From Octopus sinensis (taxonomy: Eukaryota): DNA of 17,077 bases. Every line of letters starts with the position of its first letter. The stretch's first letter is position 1. Of the stretch, positions 1 to 8,852 are shown piece after piece. Below the pieces are notes generated by a model. The model was given only the letters and a program-made list of their open reading frames with translations. It did not search any database and was not told the DNA's origin. Both the position numbers and the translations under genes were made by a program. The stretch covers positions 1 to 17,077 of the forward strand of contig NW_021825006.1 in the NCBI RefSeq assembly GCF_006345805.1. The letters run 5' to 3'.

Positions 1-235
1 CAATGACACACCTTATTTCAAGGAAACTATGATTCAGAACTCTTTTTCTTTGTCAACCACTTATTTTCGATCGGCACACCAGTCCTAGTGACGCTAACCC
101 CTCTAGAATTACCGAGGTGTGAATCACAGTAAAATCACATAAATAATCACACATCGGCAGCAGGTGGGGGCGGGGATCGAACACTCATGAAGGTATTCAC
201 CCACAATGCACTTTTAATAAATCGCATCCCTTCAA

Positions 236-1031
236 GGCAGTGAGATAGCAGAATCGTTAACACACTGGTCGGAATGCTTAGTGGCATTTTGTTTGTCTTT
301 ACGTTCTGAGTTCAAATACTATTTCTTTACTACTCACAAGGGGCTACACACAGAGAGGACAAACAAGGACAGACATAGGTATTAAGACGATTACATCGAC
401 CCCAGTGCGTAACTGGTACTTAATTTATCGACCCCGAAGGATGAAAGGCAAAGTCGACCTCGGCGGAATTGAACTCAGAACATAAGTGGCAGACGAAATA
501 CCTATTTCTTTACTACCACAAGAGGCTAAACACAGAGGGACAAACAAGGACAGACCATAGGTATTAAGACGATTAATCGACACAAGTGCGACCGAATTAC
601 AACCCGAAAACGTACTTAATTTATCGACCCCGAAAGGCTGAAGGCAAAAGCACTCGGCGGAATTTGAACTCAGAACATAGTGGCAGACGAAATACCTATT
701 TCTTTACTACCACAAGAGGCTAAACACAGAGGGGACAAACAAGGACAGACATAGGTATTAAGACGATTACATCGACCCCAGTGCGTAACTGGTACTTAAT
801 TTATCGACCCCGAAAGGATGAAAGGCAAAGTCGACCTCGGCGGAATTTGAACTCAGAACGTAGTGGCAGACGAAATACCGATAAGCATTTCGCCCGCGTG
901 CTAACGTTTCTGCCAGCTCGCCACCTTTTCTGAGTTCAAATACCGCCGAGGCCGACTTTGCCTTTCATCCTAGGGGTTGATGTAATCGACTTAGCCTCTC
1001 TCCCAAAATTGCTGGCCTTGTGCCAAAATTT
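236..1031 (+). mobile_element. tRNA-derived SINE (family A), host copy split by a nested insertion at 320-927
   Basis: Head GGCAGTGAGATAGCAGAATCGTTAAC... with B-box-like GAGTTCAAAT ends at 319. It resumes at 928 with ...GCCGAGGCCGACTTTGCCTTTCATCC...GATGTAATCGACTTAGCC...GGCCTTGTGCCAAAATTT. TTCTGAGTTCAAATAC is duplicated at 304-319 and 928-943. Confidence 0.8.
320..927 (-). mobile_element. Antisense tandem trimer of SINE family A (one head plus three ~183-194 bp body units)
   Basis: Units start CTATTTCTTTACTAC at 319, 502 and 696 and each ends ...GGCAGACGAAATAC. Only the last continues into the SINE head (879-925, minus GGTGGCGAGCTGGCAGAAACGTTAGCACG). Flanked by a 16-bp direct repeat. Confidence 0.85.
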
Positions 1032-1292
1032 TTATCCAATAAATTACATTTCTTCCAAATCGACCAAAGTAGAAAATTAGAATCTACTTCGAGAAGGATT
1101 GCGCCACAGCTTATAGTGTATAAGTCACGAAGAGTTTTACCTTTCGTGACAATATTTCTAATAAGCCACGCGTCCACCCGTCTTCTCTGCCAACTATTCC
1201 AAGGATGGTCGTAGTAGTTGCGTCCTCAGGCACCTCCTCCATAACATCCTATCCGAAGCATTCATCACTACACTTTCCTCCTGGATTTAAGT

Positions 1293-1670
1293 CGTGGTAC
1301 TCCGTCGGTTACAACGACGAGGGTTCCAGTTGATCTGATCAACGGAACAGATTGTTCGTGAAATTAACGTGCAAGCGGCTGTACACTCCACAGAGAGGTG
1401 TACCCTTAACGTAGTTCTCGGGGAGATTCAGCGTTACACAGAGTGTGACAAGGCTGGCCCTTTGATGTGCAGGTACAACAGAAAGAGAAAGAAAGAGTGA
1501 GAGAGAGTTGTGGTGGAAGAGTACAGCAGGGTTTGCCACCATCCCCTGCCGGAGCCTCGTGGAGCTTTAGGTGTTTTCGCTCAATCAACACAACGCCCGG
1601 TCTGGGAATCGAAACCGCGATCCCACGACCGCGAGTCTGCTGCCCTAGCCACTGGGCCATTGCGCCTCCA
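1293..1670 (-). mobile_element. tRNA-derived SINE (family D, tail type 1)
   Basis: Minus strand starts TGGAGGCGCAATGGCCCAGTGGCTAGGGCAGCAGACTCGCGGTCGTGGGATCGCGGTTTCGATTCCC (A-box-like and B-box-like). Head and body match 8853-9046. The 3' part ends ...GAACCCTCGTCGTTGTAACCGACGGAGTACCAC. Confidence 0.8.
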
Positions 1671-1679
1671 CAATTTACA

Positions 1680-2025
1680 AGTATACCTAACTGAAACTAT
1701 TATCCAACCGACCCTCTCCCTTCCACACTCTCCCGATTTGCCAGATTTAGCACCTGCAGACTTCCAGCTCTTCCCCAAGATTAAAATGCAGCTCAAAGAT
1801 CGCCGTTTTAACACCGATGTCGAGATCAAGAGCAAACCGTAAAATGTACTCGACTCGCTTGCAGAAAACGACTTCCGGCCGGATTCCAAAACTAGCAGGA
1901 AACGCTGCGTCCGATGTATTTCGAAAAATACTGACTATTTCGAAAAAGATGGCGTTAAAGCTTTGGTCAGTAAATTATTTTTATTAAACATAACCAGTCC
2001 GGGAACTTTTTGATACCACTTCGTA
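1680..2025 (+). mobile_element. Decayed mariner transposon 3' end (transposase C-terminus plus right TIR)
   Basis: Translation LPHSPDLPDLAPADFQLFPKIKMQLKDRRF...*NVLDSLAENDF...RCVRCISKNTDYFEKD matches the mariner HPPYSPDLAPxDFxLFPKLK...RW..CI...GDYFE C-terminus, with a stop at 1840-1842 and compensating frameshifts. It ends AGTCCGGGAACTTTTTGATACCACTTCG-TA, a mariner-like TIR plus TA. Confidence 0.85.
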
Positions 2026-2043
2026 TTATCGCAGTGTCATTTA

Positions 2044-2436
2044 CATGTATGTATGTATGTATGTTTGTATGTATGCATGTATGTATGTTTGTATGTATCT
2101 ATGTATCTATGTATCTATGTATGTATGCATGCATGTATGTATGTATGAGTGTGTGTATGTATGTATGTATGTATGTATGTATGTATGTATGTATGTATGC
2201 ATGTATCTATGTAGCTATGTATCTATCTATGCATGCATGCATGTATGTATGTATGTATGTATGTATGTATGTATGTATGTATGTATGCATGTATCTATGT
2301 AGCTATGTATCTATCTATGCATGCATGCATGTATGTATGTATGTATGTATGTATGTATGTATGTATGTATGTATGTATGTATGTATCTATGTAGCTATGT
2401 ATCTATCTATGCATGCATGCATGCATGTATGTATGT
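2044..2436. repeat. (TATG)n microsatellite with a ~90-bp higher-order repeat
   Basis: TATG array. The variant block GTATCTATGTAGCTATGTATCTATCTATGCATGCATGCATG recurs at 2203, 2291 and 2383. Confidence 0.95.
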
Positions 2437-2440
2437 AGTT

Positions 2441-2617
2441 GGAATTTACAAAAGAAAAAATGAGGAAGACAGGTGTATAAACAGCAAACAGGTGTATTAG
2501 TTTAACGCTCGCGAAGGTGAGAAAGTCTTTTACGTTTCGAGCCTACGCTCTTCAATAGAAAGGAACACGAGGAAATAAACAGAGAGAGAATAATAAAAGC
2601 TTTAGCGGCTAGCGGTC
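2441..2617 (-). mobile_element. Dispersed repeat, probable Penelope-like pLTR-derived element (copy 1 of 2)
   Basis: Homologous to 7921-8113 (GAAGACAGGTG...TGTATTAGT..AACGCTC...GTCTTTTACGTTTCGAGCCTACGCTCTTC...AGAAAGGAACAC). The minus strand carries a GAAGAG...CGAAACGTA hammerhead-like remnant. It abuts a microsatellite. Confidence 0.55.
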
Positions 2618-2784
2618 AATCAAGTGGTTAAACGGAAGAGCTAGGAAGAAGGAAATATAATAAAGTATTGGTGATCCCAAAACGAAGGTGCGCGTGCGTG
2701 TGTATGTGAGAGTGTGTAAGTGTGCGCGTGTGGATAGGGGCTGGTGACCTTGACGTGTGGATGTGTGCGTGTGTAGGTGTGTTG

Positions 2785-2950
2785 ATATGCATGTATGTAC
2801 GCATGCATGTATGCATGCATGTATGTATGTATGCATGTATGTATGTATGTATTATGTATGTATGCATGTATGTATGTGTATATATATATATATATATATG
2901 TATGGATGTATATATATATATATATATATGTGTGTGTATACATATATGTA

Positions 2951-2996
<46 letters not shown>

Positions 2997-3224
2997 GAGT
3001 ATGTGTGTGTGTTCGTGTGTATGCATGTATGTACGTATGAATGTATATTTGTATGTGTATGCATATACATACATACATACAAACATACATACATACAAAC
3101 ATACATACATACATACAAACATACATACATATAAACATACATACATACAAACATACATACATACATACATACACACATACATACATACATACATACATAC
3201 ATACATACATACATACATACATAC
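2785..3224. repeat. Compound microsatellite (TATG)n-(TA)n-(TG)n switching to (CATA)n
   Basis: Direct reading. The strand switch is centred on TATG/CATA at 3058-3065. Confidence 0.95.
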
Positions 3225-3757
3225 ATCAACAGCTGCCCAAAAATGCCATCAAGCTATTACCTCCCTTTGCAACATGACGTTGTCGCAAGAACAATAAAAA
3301 AAGATTGTCGTGGAATAAATACAGAGAATCCCTCTGTTATTCAATCTGTAGACAAATACCAGCTGAAGGAATACTGGCGGAACATCCCAATCCAAACATC
3401 TGTAAAGTGTAAGCATAACAGACCGGATATTGTTGTTTGAGACGGACATGTAAAAGTATGTACTGTCAAAAGGTCAGCTGTCCTGCTGATGTGAATATCT
3501 CTTTGAAAATCAAAGAGAAAGAAGATAACCGTGGACAACCGCTTCGAAATTTCCAGCTTCTGTATCCGGATTACAAATTACATTTATACAAATAATAATT
3601 GGTGAACTTGGTTTTGTAAGTAAATGCCTACCAGTCAATCTGAATTTGGTTAGATTTTCAGAAGAAGAAATCAACCAAACTGATTCGCATATTACAAATA
3701 CAATCTGTAAGGGGAATGATAAAACTCTGCAAGATTTTTCTCAGGTTTAAAATGTGA
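3225..3757 (+). mobile_element. 5'-truncated non-LTR retrotransposon, R4/Dong-like restriction-like endonuclease (RLE) C-terminus, decayed
   Basis: [24 protein letters not shown] (end of CCHC knuckle plus RHD-like motif), EYWRNIPIQTSVKCKHNRPDIVV*D, then after frameshifts VSCPADVNISLKIKEKEDN, IIIGELGFV and KLIRILQIQSVRGMIKLCKIFLRFKM* (stop 3755-3757). This is the PD-(D/E)xK RLE layout. The clade call is by motif similarity only. Confidence 0.8.
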
Positions 3758-3783
3758 CAATGTTTTCGTTATCTACTCCTACA

Positions 3784-3885
3784 GGCGTAGAAGTGGCTGT
3801 GTGGTAAGTAGCTTGCTTACAAACGACATGGTTCCGGCTTTAGTCCCACTGCGTGGCACCTTGGGCAAGTGTCTTCTGCTATAGC
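3784..3885 (+). mobile_element. SINE family B, 5' fragment
   Basis: GGCGTAGAAGTGGCTGTGTGGTAAG...GGTTCCGG...AGTCCCACTGCGTGGCACCTTGGGCAAGTGTCTTCTGCTATAGC matches the head of the full copy at 6934-7341. Confidence 0.8.
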
Positions 3886-4390
3886 AATTCTGACGTTCCG
3901 TCAATGACCTCTCCGATTATTATTCAGTCCCGCTGCGGATCTAAATGGTTTCGAAGCATAAACGACAGACAGAAATTTTAACTTCCGCTGGATCGATCGG
4001 ATCAGTTTGTGAGGCAGGATCCTTCTGTAACCGCCATATTTATATTCTAACCTGAAACCGACTTGCAAGTCTTTTTACACACGACACACACGTCGAATCG
4101 ATCGGTCTCAAGCGGTGGAGAGACGTTGCATTCGGTAGATTTTTCATGGGACTTCAGGCGGTTGACATACCCAGTTTTGGAAACGGATAGACGGCCACAC
4201 GTTTCACACCTCCATCACTTTATGTTCTCACTGAGGCTCTGATGACAGCCATTCCGAAGCCAGCGCTTTTGGCTTTCGTACTCAAGGCGACCATCTTCAA
4301 AAGTTTTACAACCTTCCCTTATATGCTTCCGTCCTTCTGCTCTTTCTAAAACTATTTCTTCTCAGTTCCTTACATTGATTTGAAGTTCCT
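3886..4390 (-). mobile_element. RTE-clade LINE 3' fragment (ORF C-terminus with three degenerate C2H2-like fingers)
   Basis: Minus translation INVRN*EEIVLERAEGRKHIREGCKTFEDGRLEYESQKR (RTE-like W..LA.DR..WR....G...FE..R...KR), then CETCGRLSVSKTGYVNRLKSH, CVVCKKTCKSVSG* and CRLC..FRSAAGLNNNRRGH* (stop 3901-3903). Confidence 0.7.
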
Positions 4391-4392
4391 TC

Positions 4393-4530
4393 ATACACAC
4401 ACGCACACACACATACATACATACAAACACACGCATACATACACATACATACACACACACATACATACATACATACATACATACATACATACATACATAC
4501 ATACATACATACATACATACATACAAACAT
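4393..4530. repeat. (CA)n/(CATA)n microsatellite
   Basis: Direct reading. Confidence 0.95.
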
Positions 4531-4704
4531 TCATAGACATTATTATAAAATAAAAACACACAGAATTTTGCACATAGTAATCCGCCAACAGAAACACATT
4601 ATCACGTGCACTTACACATACACACACAGTCTATAATCTGGTCGTTCGGGTGCACAAAAAAACAAGGCACACGCATACACAAGCTGGTAAGTTTATTGTC
4701 ACAT

Positions 4705-4888
4705 ATATTCACACACACAAATATATATATTACATATATATATATATAATTATATAATATATACAATATATATATATATATATACATAAATATACTTAAT
4801 ATAATATATATATACAATATAATTATATATATATATATACATACACAAATATACTTAATTATATATATATATATATTATATATATACA

Positions 4889-4937
<49 letters not shown>

Positions 4938-5011
4938 GCACACATGCATACATATATTAATACACATCCATACATGTGTTTGTATGTTTTGTGTGTGTAT
5001 TTGTGTGTGTG

Positions 5012-5070
<59 letters not shown>
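4705..5070. repeat. (TA)n followed by (TG)n microsatellite
   Basis: Direct reading. Confidence 0.95.
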
Positions 5071-5071
<1 letters not shown>

Positions 5072-5576
5072 GTAAGTCATAACCTTGTAACATAGCAGCA
5101 AGATCAACGGTGAAGTGGAATTGATAATATATCGGGGGGAAAAAAATGAAAGAAAGCAGGCGATAAATAAAGACAGAGAAAAAAAAAACAAGTTAGAACG
5201 ACAGACGAGAAGTAATTGTAGAAGTGTTACAGAAATACTAGAGCTGATGGCTAGAGCCTATGTATATTTGCTAAAAATATTAATTTTCATGTCCCACTCT
5301 GGACAGCTGCTTGCAGTAATATTATAGAAAGTGGTGTCAGGTTATTTGCACTTCTATGGTGGCTTCTCTCATAGCTCTAAGCTCATTGAAGCTCTCCAAC
5401 ACATTCAGTTGTCGGCAAAATAATGGACGCCTTCTTTAACTTACAATGCTTGACGATCACGTGACAACGTACACGCCTCTAAGCTGTCGTTCGATTTTCT
5501 GGAAGTAGTAACGCAATCTTCCCTCAAATCTCGTCTTAATTTCTAAATATTTAGAAATAAATTTGTAAATAAATAC

Positions 5577-5858
5577 TCGCAGGCATAGCTATGTTGTATG
5601 GCAATGTGGTAAAAAGTTCGCTTTGCGACCACGTAGCTTTGGGTTCAGTCCGTCAGCTCAGCATTTTGGGAAAGTGTCTTCTATAACCCGAGGACGACCA
5701 ATGCCTTGTGAATAAATTGGAAGACGGACACTGCGTGGAACCCCGTCGTGTGTGTGTGTGTGTGTGTGTGTCCACCACCGCTTGACAACCGATGCTGTTT
5801 TGTTTACTTCCCCGTACCTTAGAATTTCGGCAAAAGGAACCCACAGAGTAAATACCAT
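5577..5858 (+). mobile_element. SINE family B, diverged, 3'-truncated, followed by an inverted internal fragment (5859-5915)
   Basis: Head, GGGAAAGTGTCTTCTATA...GACCAATGCCTTGTGA...GACGGACACTG, internal (GT)n, CACCACCGCTTGACAACCGATGCTG...TTCGGCAAAAG. TTGTCAAGCGGTGGTG at 5859-5874 is the reverse complement of 5773-5788. Confidence 0.75.
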
Positions 5859-6105
5859 TTGTCAAGCGGTGGTGAAGAACAAACACACACACACACAGAC
5901 ACACAAAGACACACATATGTGCATGTAGATGTGTGTGTGTGGCGTATGTATCTTCTATTTCTTAATTATTATAAATATTCCACTGATGAGGGAGCCGGTT
6001 TCCAACAAAGATGCTAGTCTCCATCTTTGGGATGTAGTTAACACAGACAAATTTACATTTGGAACTTTAGAAAAGTCTTGCATATTTTTACTGTTCCACT
6101 CACAG

Positions 6106-6180
6106 ATTGAACTCGTAATGTTCGAATTAGCCGATCGATTTCTCTTTCCGAAAATCCCACTTTATCCAGATTCACCTCAT
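6106..6180 (+). other. Candidate 75-nt phase-0 coding exon of an unidentified host gene
   Basis: Acceptor TATTTTTACTGTTCCACTCACAG|, donor |GTATGT, length divisible by 3. Only frame 0 is open: IELVMFELADRFLFPKIPLYPDSPH. No protein recognised. Confidence 0.25.
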
Positions 6181-6773
6181 GTATGTATGTATGTATGTAT
6201 GTATGTATGTATGTATGTATGTATGTATCTATGTATGTATGTATGTATGTATGTATGTATGTACGTACGTACGTATGTATGTATGTATGTATGTATGTAC
6301 GTATGTATGTATGTATGTATGTATGTATGTATGAATGTATGTATGTATGTATGTATGTATGTATGTATGTATGTACGTATGTATGTATGTATGTATGTAT
6401 GTACGTATATACGTATGTATGTATGTACGTATGTACGTATGTATGTATGTATGTATGTATGTACGTATGTATGTATGTATGTATGTTGTATTATGTATGT
6501 ATGTACGTATGTACGTATGTATGTATGTACGTATGTATGTATGCATGTATGTATGTATGTATTATGTATGTACGTATGTACGTATGTATGTATGTATGTA
6601 TGTATGTATGTACGTATGTATGTATGTATGTATGTACGTACGTATGTATGTATGTATGTATGTATGTATGTATGTATGTATGTATGTTTGTATGTATGTA
6701 TGTTTGTATGTATGTATGTATGTATGTATGTATGTATGTATGTATGTATGTATGTATGTATGTATGTATGTAT
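6181..6773. repeat. ~590-bp (TATG)n microsatellite with TACG variants
   Basis: Direct reading. Confidence 0.95.
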
Positions 6774-6774
6774 A

Positions 6775-6842
6775 ATACGGCGGCCTTTCAGTTTCCGTCT
6801 GCTAAATCCACTGACAAGGTTTGCTCGGCCGGTGACTATATA
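6775..6842 (-). mobile_element. SINE family B internal fragment
   Basis: TTTCAGTTTCCGTCTGCTAAATCCACTGACAAGG matches 7195-7228 of the full copy. Confidence 0.7.
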
Positions 6843-6933
6843 GTCTACTGCAGTGGTTTTCAACCTTTTTATTTAAATGAGTTTTCCAACGGACCCTTTT
6901 TAATATGCTCATCCTTATGTGTATGCATATATA

Positions 6934-7341
6934 TCTCTTTTACTCTTTTACTTGTTTCAGTCATTTGACTACGGCCATGCTGGAGCACCGCCTTTAATCG
7001 AGCAACTCGACCCCGGGACTTATTCTTTTTGTAAGCCCAGTACTTATTCTATCGGTCTCTTTTGCCGAACCGCTAAGTAACGGGGACATAAACACACCAG
7101 CATCGGTTGTCAAGCAATGCTAGGGCGACAAACACAGACACACAAACACACACACGCATATATATATAAATACATATATACGATGGGCTTCTTTTCAGTT
7201 TCCGTCTACCAAATCCACTCACAAGGCATTGGTCGGCCGAGGCTATAGTAGAAGACACTTGCCCAAGGTGCACGCAGTGGGACTGACCCGGAACCATGAG
7301 GTTGGTAAACAAACTACTTACCACGCAGCCACTCCTGCGCC
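6934..7341 (-). mobile_element. SINE family B, full length (~408 bp), with internal microsatellite and (TAAAAGAG)n tail
   Basis: Minus: GGCGCAGGAGTGGCTGCGTGGTAAG...CACCTTGGGCAAGTGTCTTCTACTATAGCC...GGATTTGGTAGACGGAAACTGAAAAGAAGCCC-(TA/TG)n-...GCTTGACAACCGATGCTGG...GCTCCAGCATGGCCG...ATGACTGAAACAAGTAAAAGAGTAAAAGAGA. Confidence 0.9.
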
Positions 7342-7359
7342 TATATATATATATATATA

Positions 7360-7404
<45 letters not shown>

Positions 7405-7409
7405 GTATA

Positions 7410-7440
<31 letters not shown>

Positions 7441-7480
7441 CTATATATATATATATATATATCGATATATATATATATAT
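7342..7480. repeat. (TA)n microsatellite
   Basis: Direct reading. Confidence 0.95.
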
Positions 7481-7762
7481 ACTAGGTATGGGGGTTTAGT
7501 TCACAGGTGATCTAAACGATTAGGTACGCTAGGTAAGTGTTGTAACAGTTACTCTGGCTCCAAGGTTATAGCCGAGGCGGTAGTTATGGAGCCATTGCAC
7601 CTAAGGACTAAAGCATTTGTTTCTACAACATCAGAAAGTTGAACTATGAATTTTATGCTTCTTTTTACTTCTCTCTCTTCATCTCCTTATTCCTTTACCC
7701 CCCCTTCCCCTATGTCGTAATTTCATTAATATATACCGTTCTCATTTTCCCTATTTTCCCCT

Positions 7763-7830
7763 AATTATCTTTGATGACGGATTATCCCATACTCGGGGAT
7801 ATTCCAGAAACAGCCGTGAGACTTTGAATT
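7763..7830 (+). ncRNA. Degenerate type I hammerhead-like motif in a Penelope-like repeat (~7620-7915)
   Basis: ATCT-TTGATGA-C-[GGATTATCCC ATACTCG GGGATATTCC]-A-GAAA-C-AGCC-GTG-AGAC. C3 and the cleavage triplet are mutated, so it is probably inactive. The element 3' end TTTGTTGTTCTC...TTAACA..(TA)n resembles 15735-15760. Confidence 0.5.
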
Positions 7831-7920
7831 TTTTCCAATAATAATAATGTATATGACTTGAGATGTTTGCCTTGCCTTAAAGTTTGTTGTTCTCTTTAAC
7901 AATCATATATATATATATAT

Positions 7921-8113
7921 AGGGAGAGTTTACGAAAAAAACAAAAGACGAAGACAGGTGGTGTACAAAACAAACAGATGTATTAGTATAACGCTCAGGA
8001 ATAGAAAAAGTCTTTTACGTTTCGAGCCTACGCTCTTCTAAAGAAAGGAACACAGAAAAAAACAAGGAGAGAAACAAGGAGAGAAAAAAATGTGTGTAGT
8101 GGCTAACGATCTA
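7921..8113 (-). mobile_element. Dispersed repeat, probable Penelope-like pLTR-derived element (copy 2 of 2)
   Basis: Homologous to 2441-2617 and abuts (TA)n at ~7905-7920. Confidence 0.55.
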
Positions 8114-8640
8114 ATGAAATTTTGAATTTAGTTCACGGGCCTTTGCAGGCCACCAAGGGTCCGCGGACCCCAGGTTGAGAACCACTGAATTAGTGCATGA
8201 AATACACCTACCAATGGTTCAACTGGTTAAACCACGGATTTAGAACGGAGCGGAACAGGAGAACACAGCCTGCGTCAACTCGGAAACAAAAGCTTGGACG
8301 GCCATAAAACACACGATCTAGCTTACATCGTTTTTACCAAGATGTCGGACTGAAAATACGCGGAGGGAATGTTCTAAGTACGAAATGCAAATGGAGCTGA
8401 ATTTCACATGGATTAATAAAATTGGTAAACAGCGTCCACCAATTCAGCCAAGCAATTAGTAAACAAACACTCCCGTTAGAAATTTTTAAAATCTAAAAAC
8501 AATAAACAAATAAGATAACTTCGTTAAGAACAGTTAATGGAAAGGTTTAGTCTAGATCGACAAAACAGATTCGTGTGGATGTAGTCTTTGAAGTCAGCCA
8601 CTGAATGCAACGAACATGTTTTGGTCGTATTACATATATA

Positions 8641-8850
8641 GTCGCAGGCTGGTTGTGTGGTTAAGGAGCTTGCGTTAAAGCCACGTTGTCTGGAGTTCAA
8701 TCTTACTGTACGGCGCCTTAGGGAAGTATCTCCTACTATAGTCCTGGGTCAACCAATGCTTTGCAAGTGGATTTCGTTGATGGAAACTGTGTAGAAGCCT
8801 GTCGTATACATATATATGTATGTATAAGTATATATATATATATATATGTA
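8641..8850 (+). mobile_element. SINE family B, diverged 5' half ending in its internal (TA)n
   Basis: GTCGCAGGCTGGTTGTGTGGTTAAG...GGAGTTCAATC...CTACTATAG...ACCAATGCTTTGCAAGTGGATTT...GGAAACTG...GAAGCCTGTCGTATA. Confidence 0.7.
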
Positions 8851-8852
8851 TG

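Larger units (their letters stand above)
6851..8187. mobile_element. hAT/Charlie-like TIR pair enclosing nested insertions
   Basis: CAGTGGTTTTCAACCTT (6851-6867) versus CAGGTTGAGAACCACTG (8171-8187), 15/17 inverted match, with subterminal GGACCC/GGGTCC motifs. The 8-bp flanks (GTCTACTG and AATTAGTG) do not form a clean TSD. Confidence 0.45.

Noticed and set aside
60-215. B-box-like GTTCGATCCCCGCC on the minus strand (169-182)
   Set aside because: Possibly an old SINE head, but there is no clear A box and no second copy in the window to confirm it.
319-925. Regular direct-repeat array, CRISPR-like at first glance
   Set aside because: Units are ~185-bp SINE bodies with no unique spacers, in a eukaryotic context with no cas genes.
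4235-4280. CTGATGAC...CGAAG motif
   Set aside because: It lies antisense within RTE coding sequence, has GAAG rather than GAAA, and has no stems.
5539-5558. 20-bp perfect palindrome ATTTCTAAATATTTAGAAAT
   Set aside because: It is real but very AT-rich and isolated, with no supporting context for function.
5975-6040. CTGATGAGGGAG...CTCC, a hammerhead-like start
   Set aside because: No downstream GAAA, stem III or NUH in register.
7507-7538. AG...GTAAGT micro-exon candidate
   Set aside because: All three frames contain stops.
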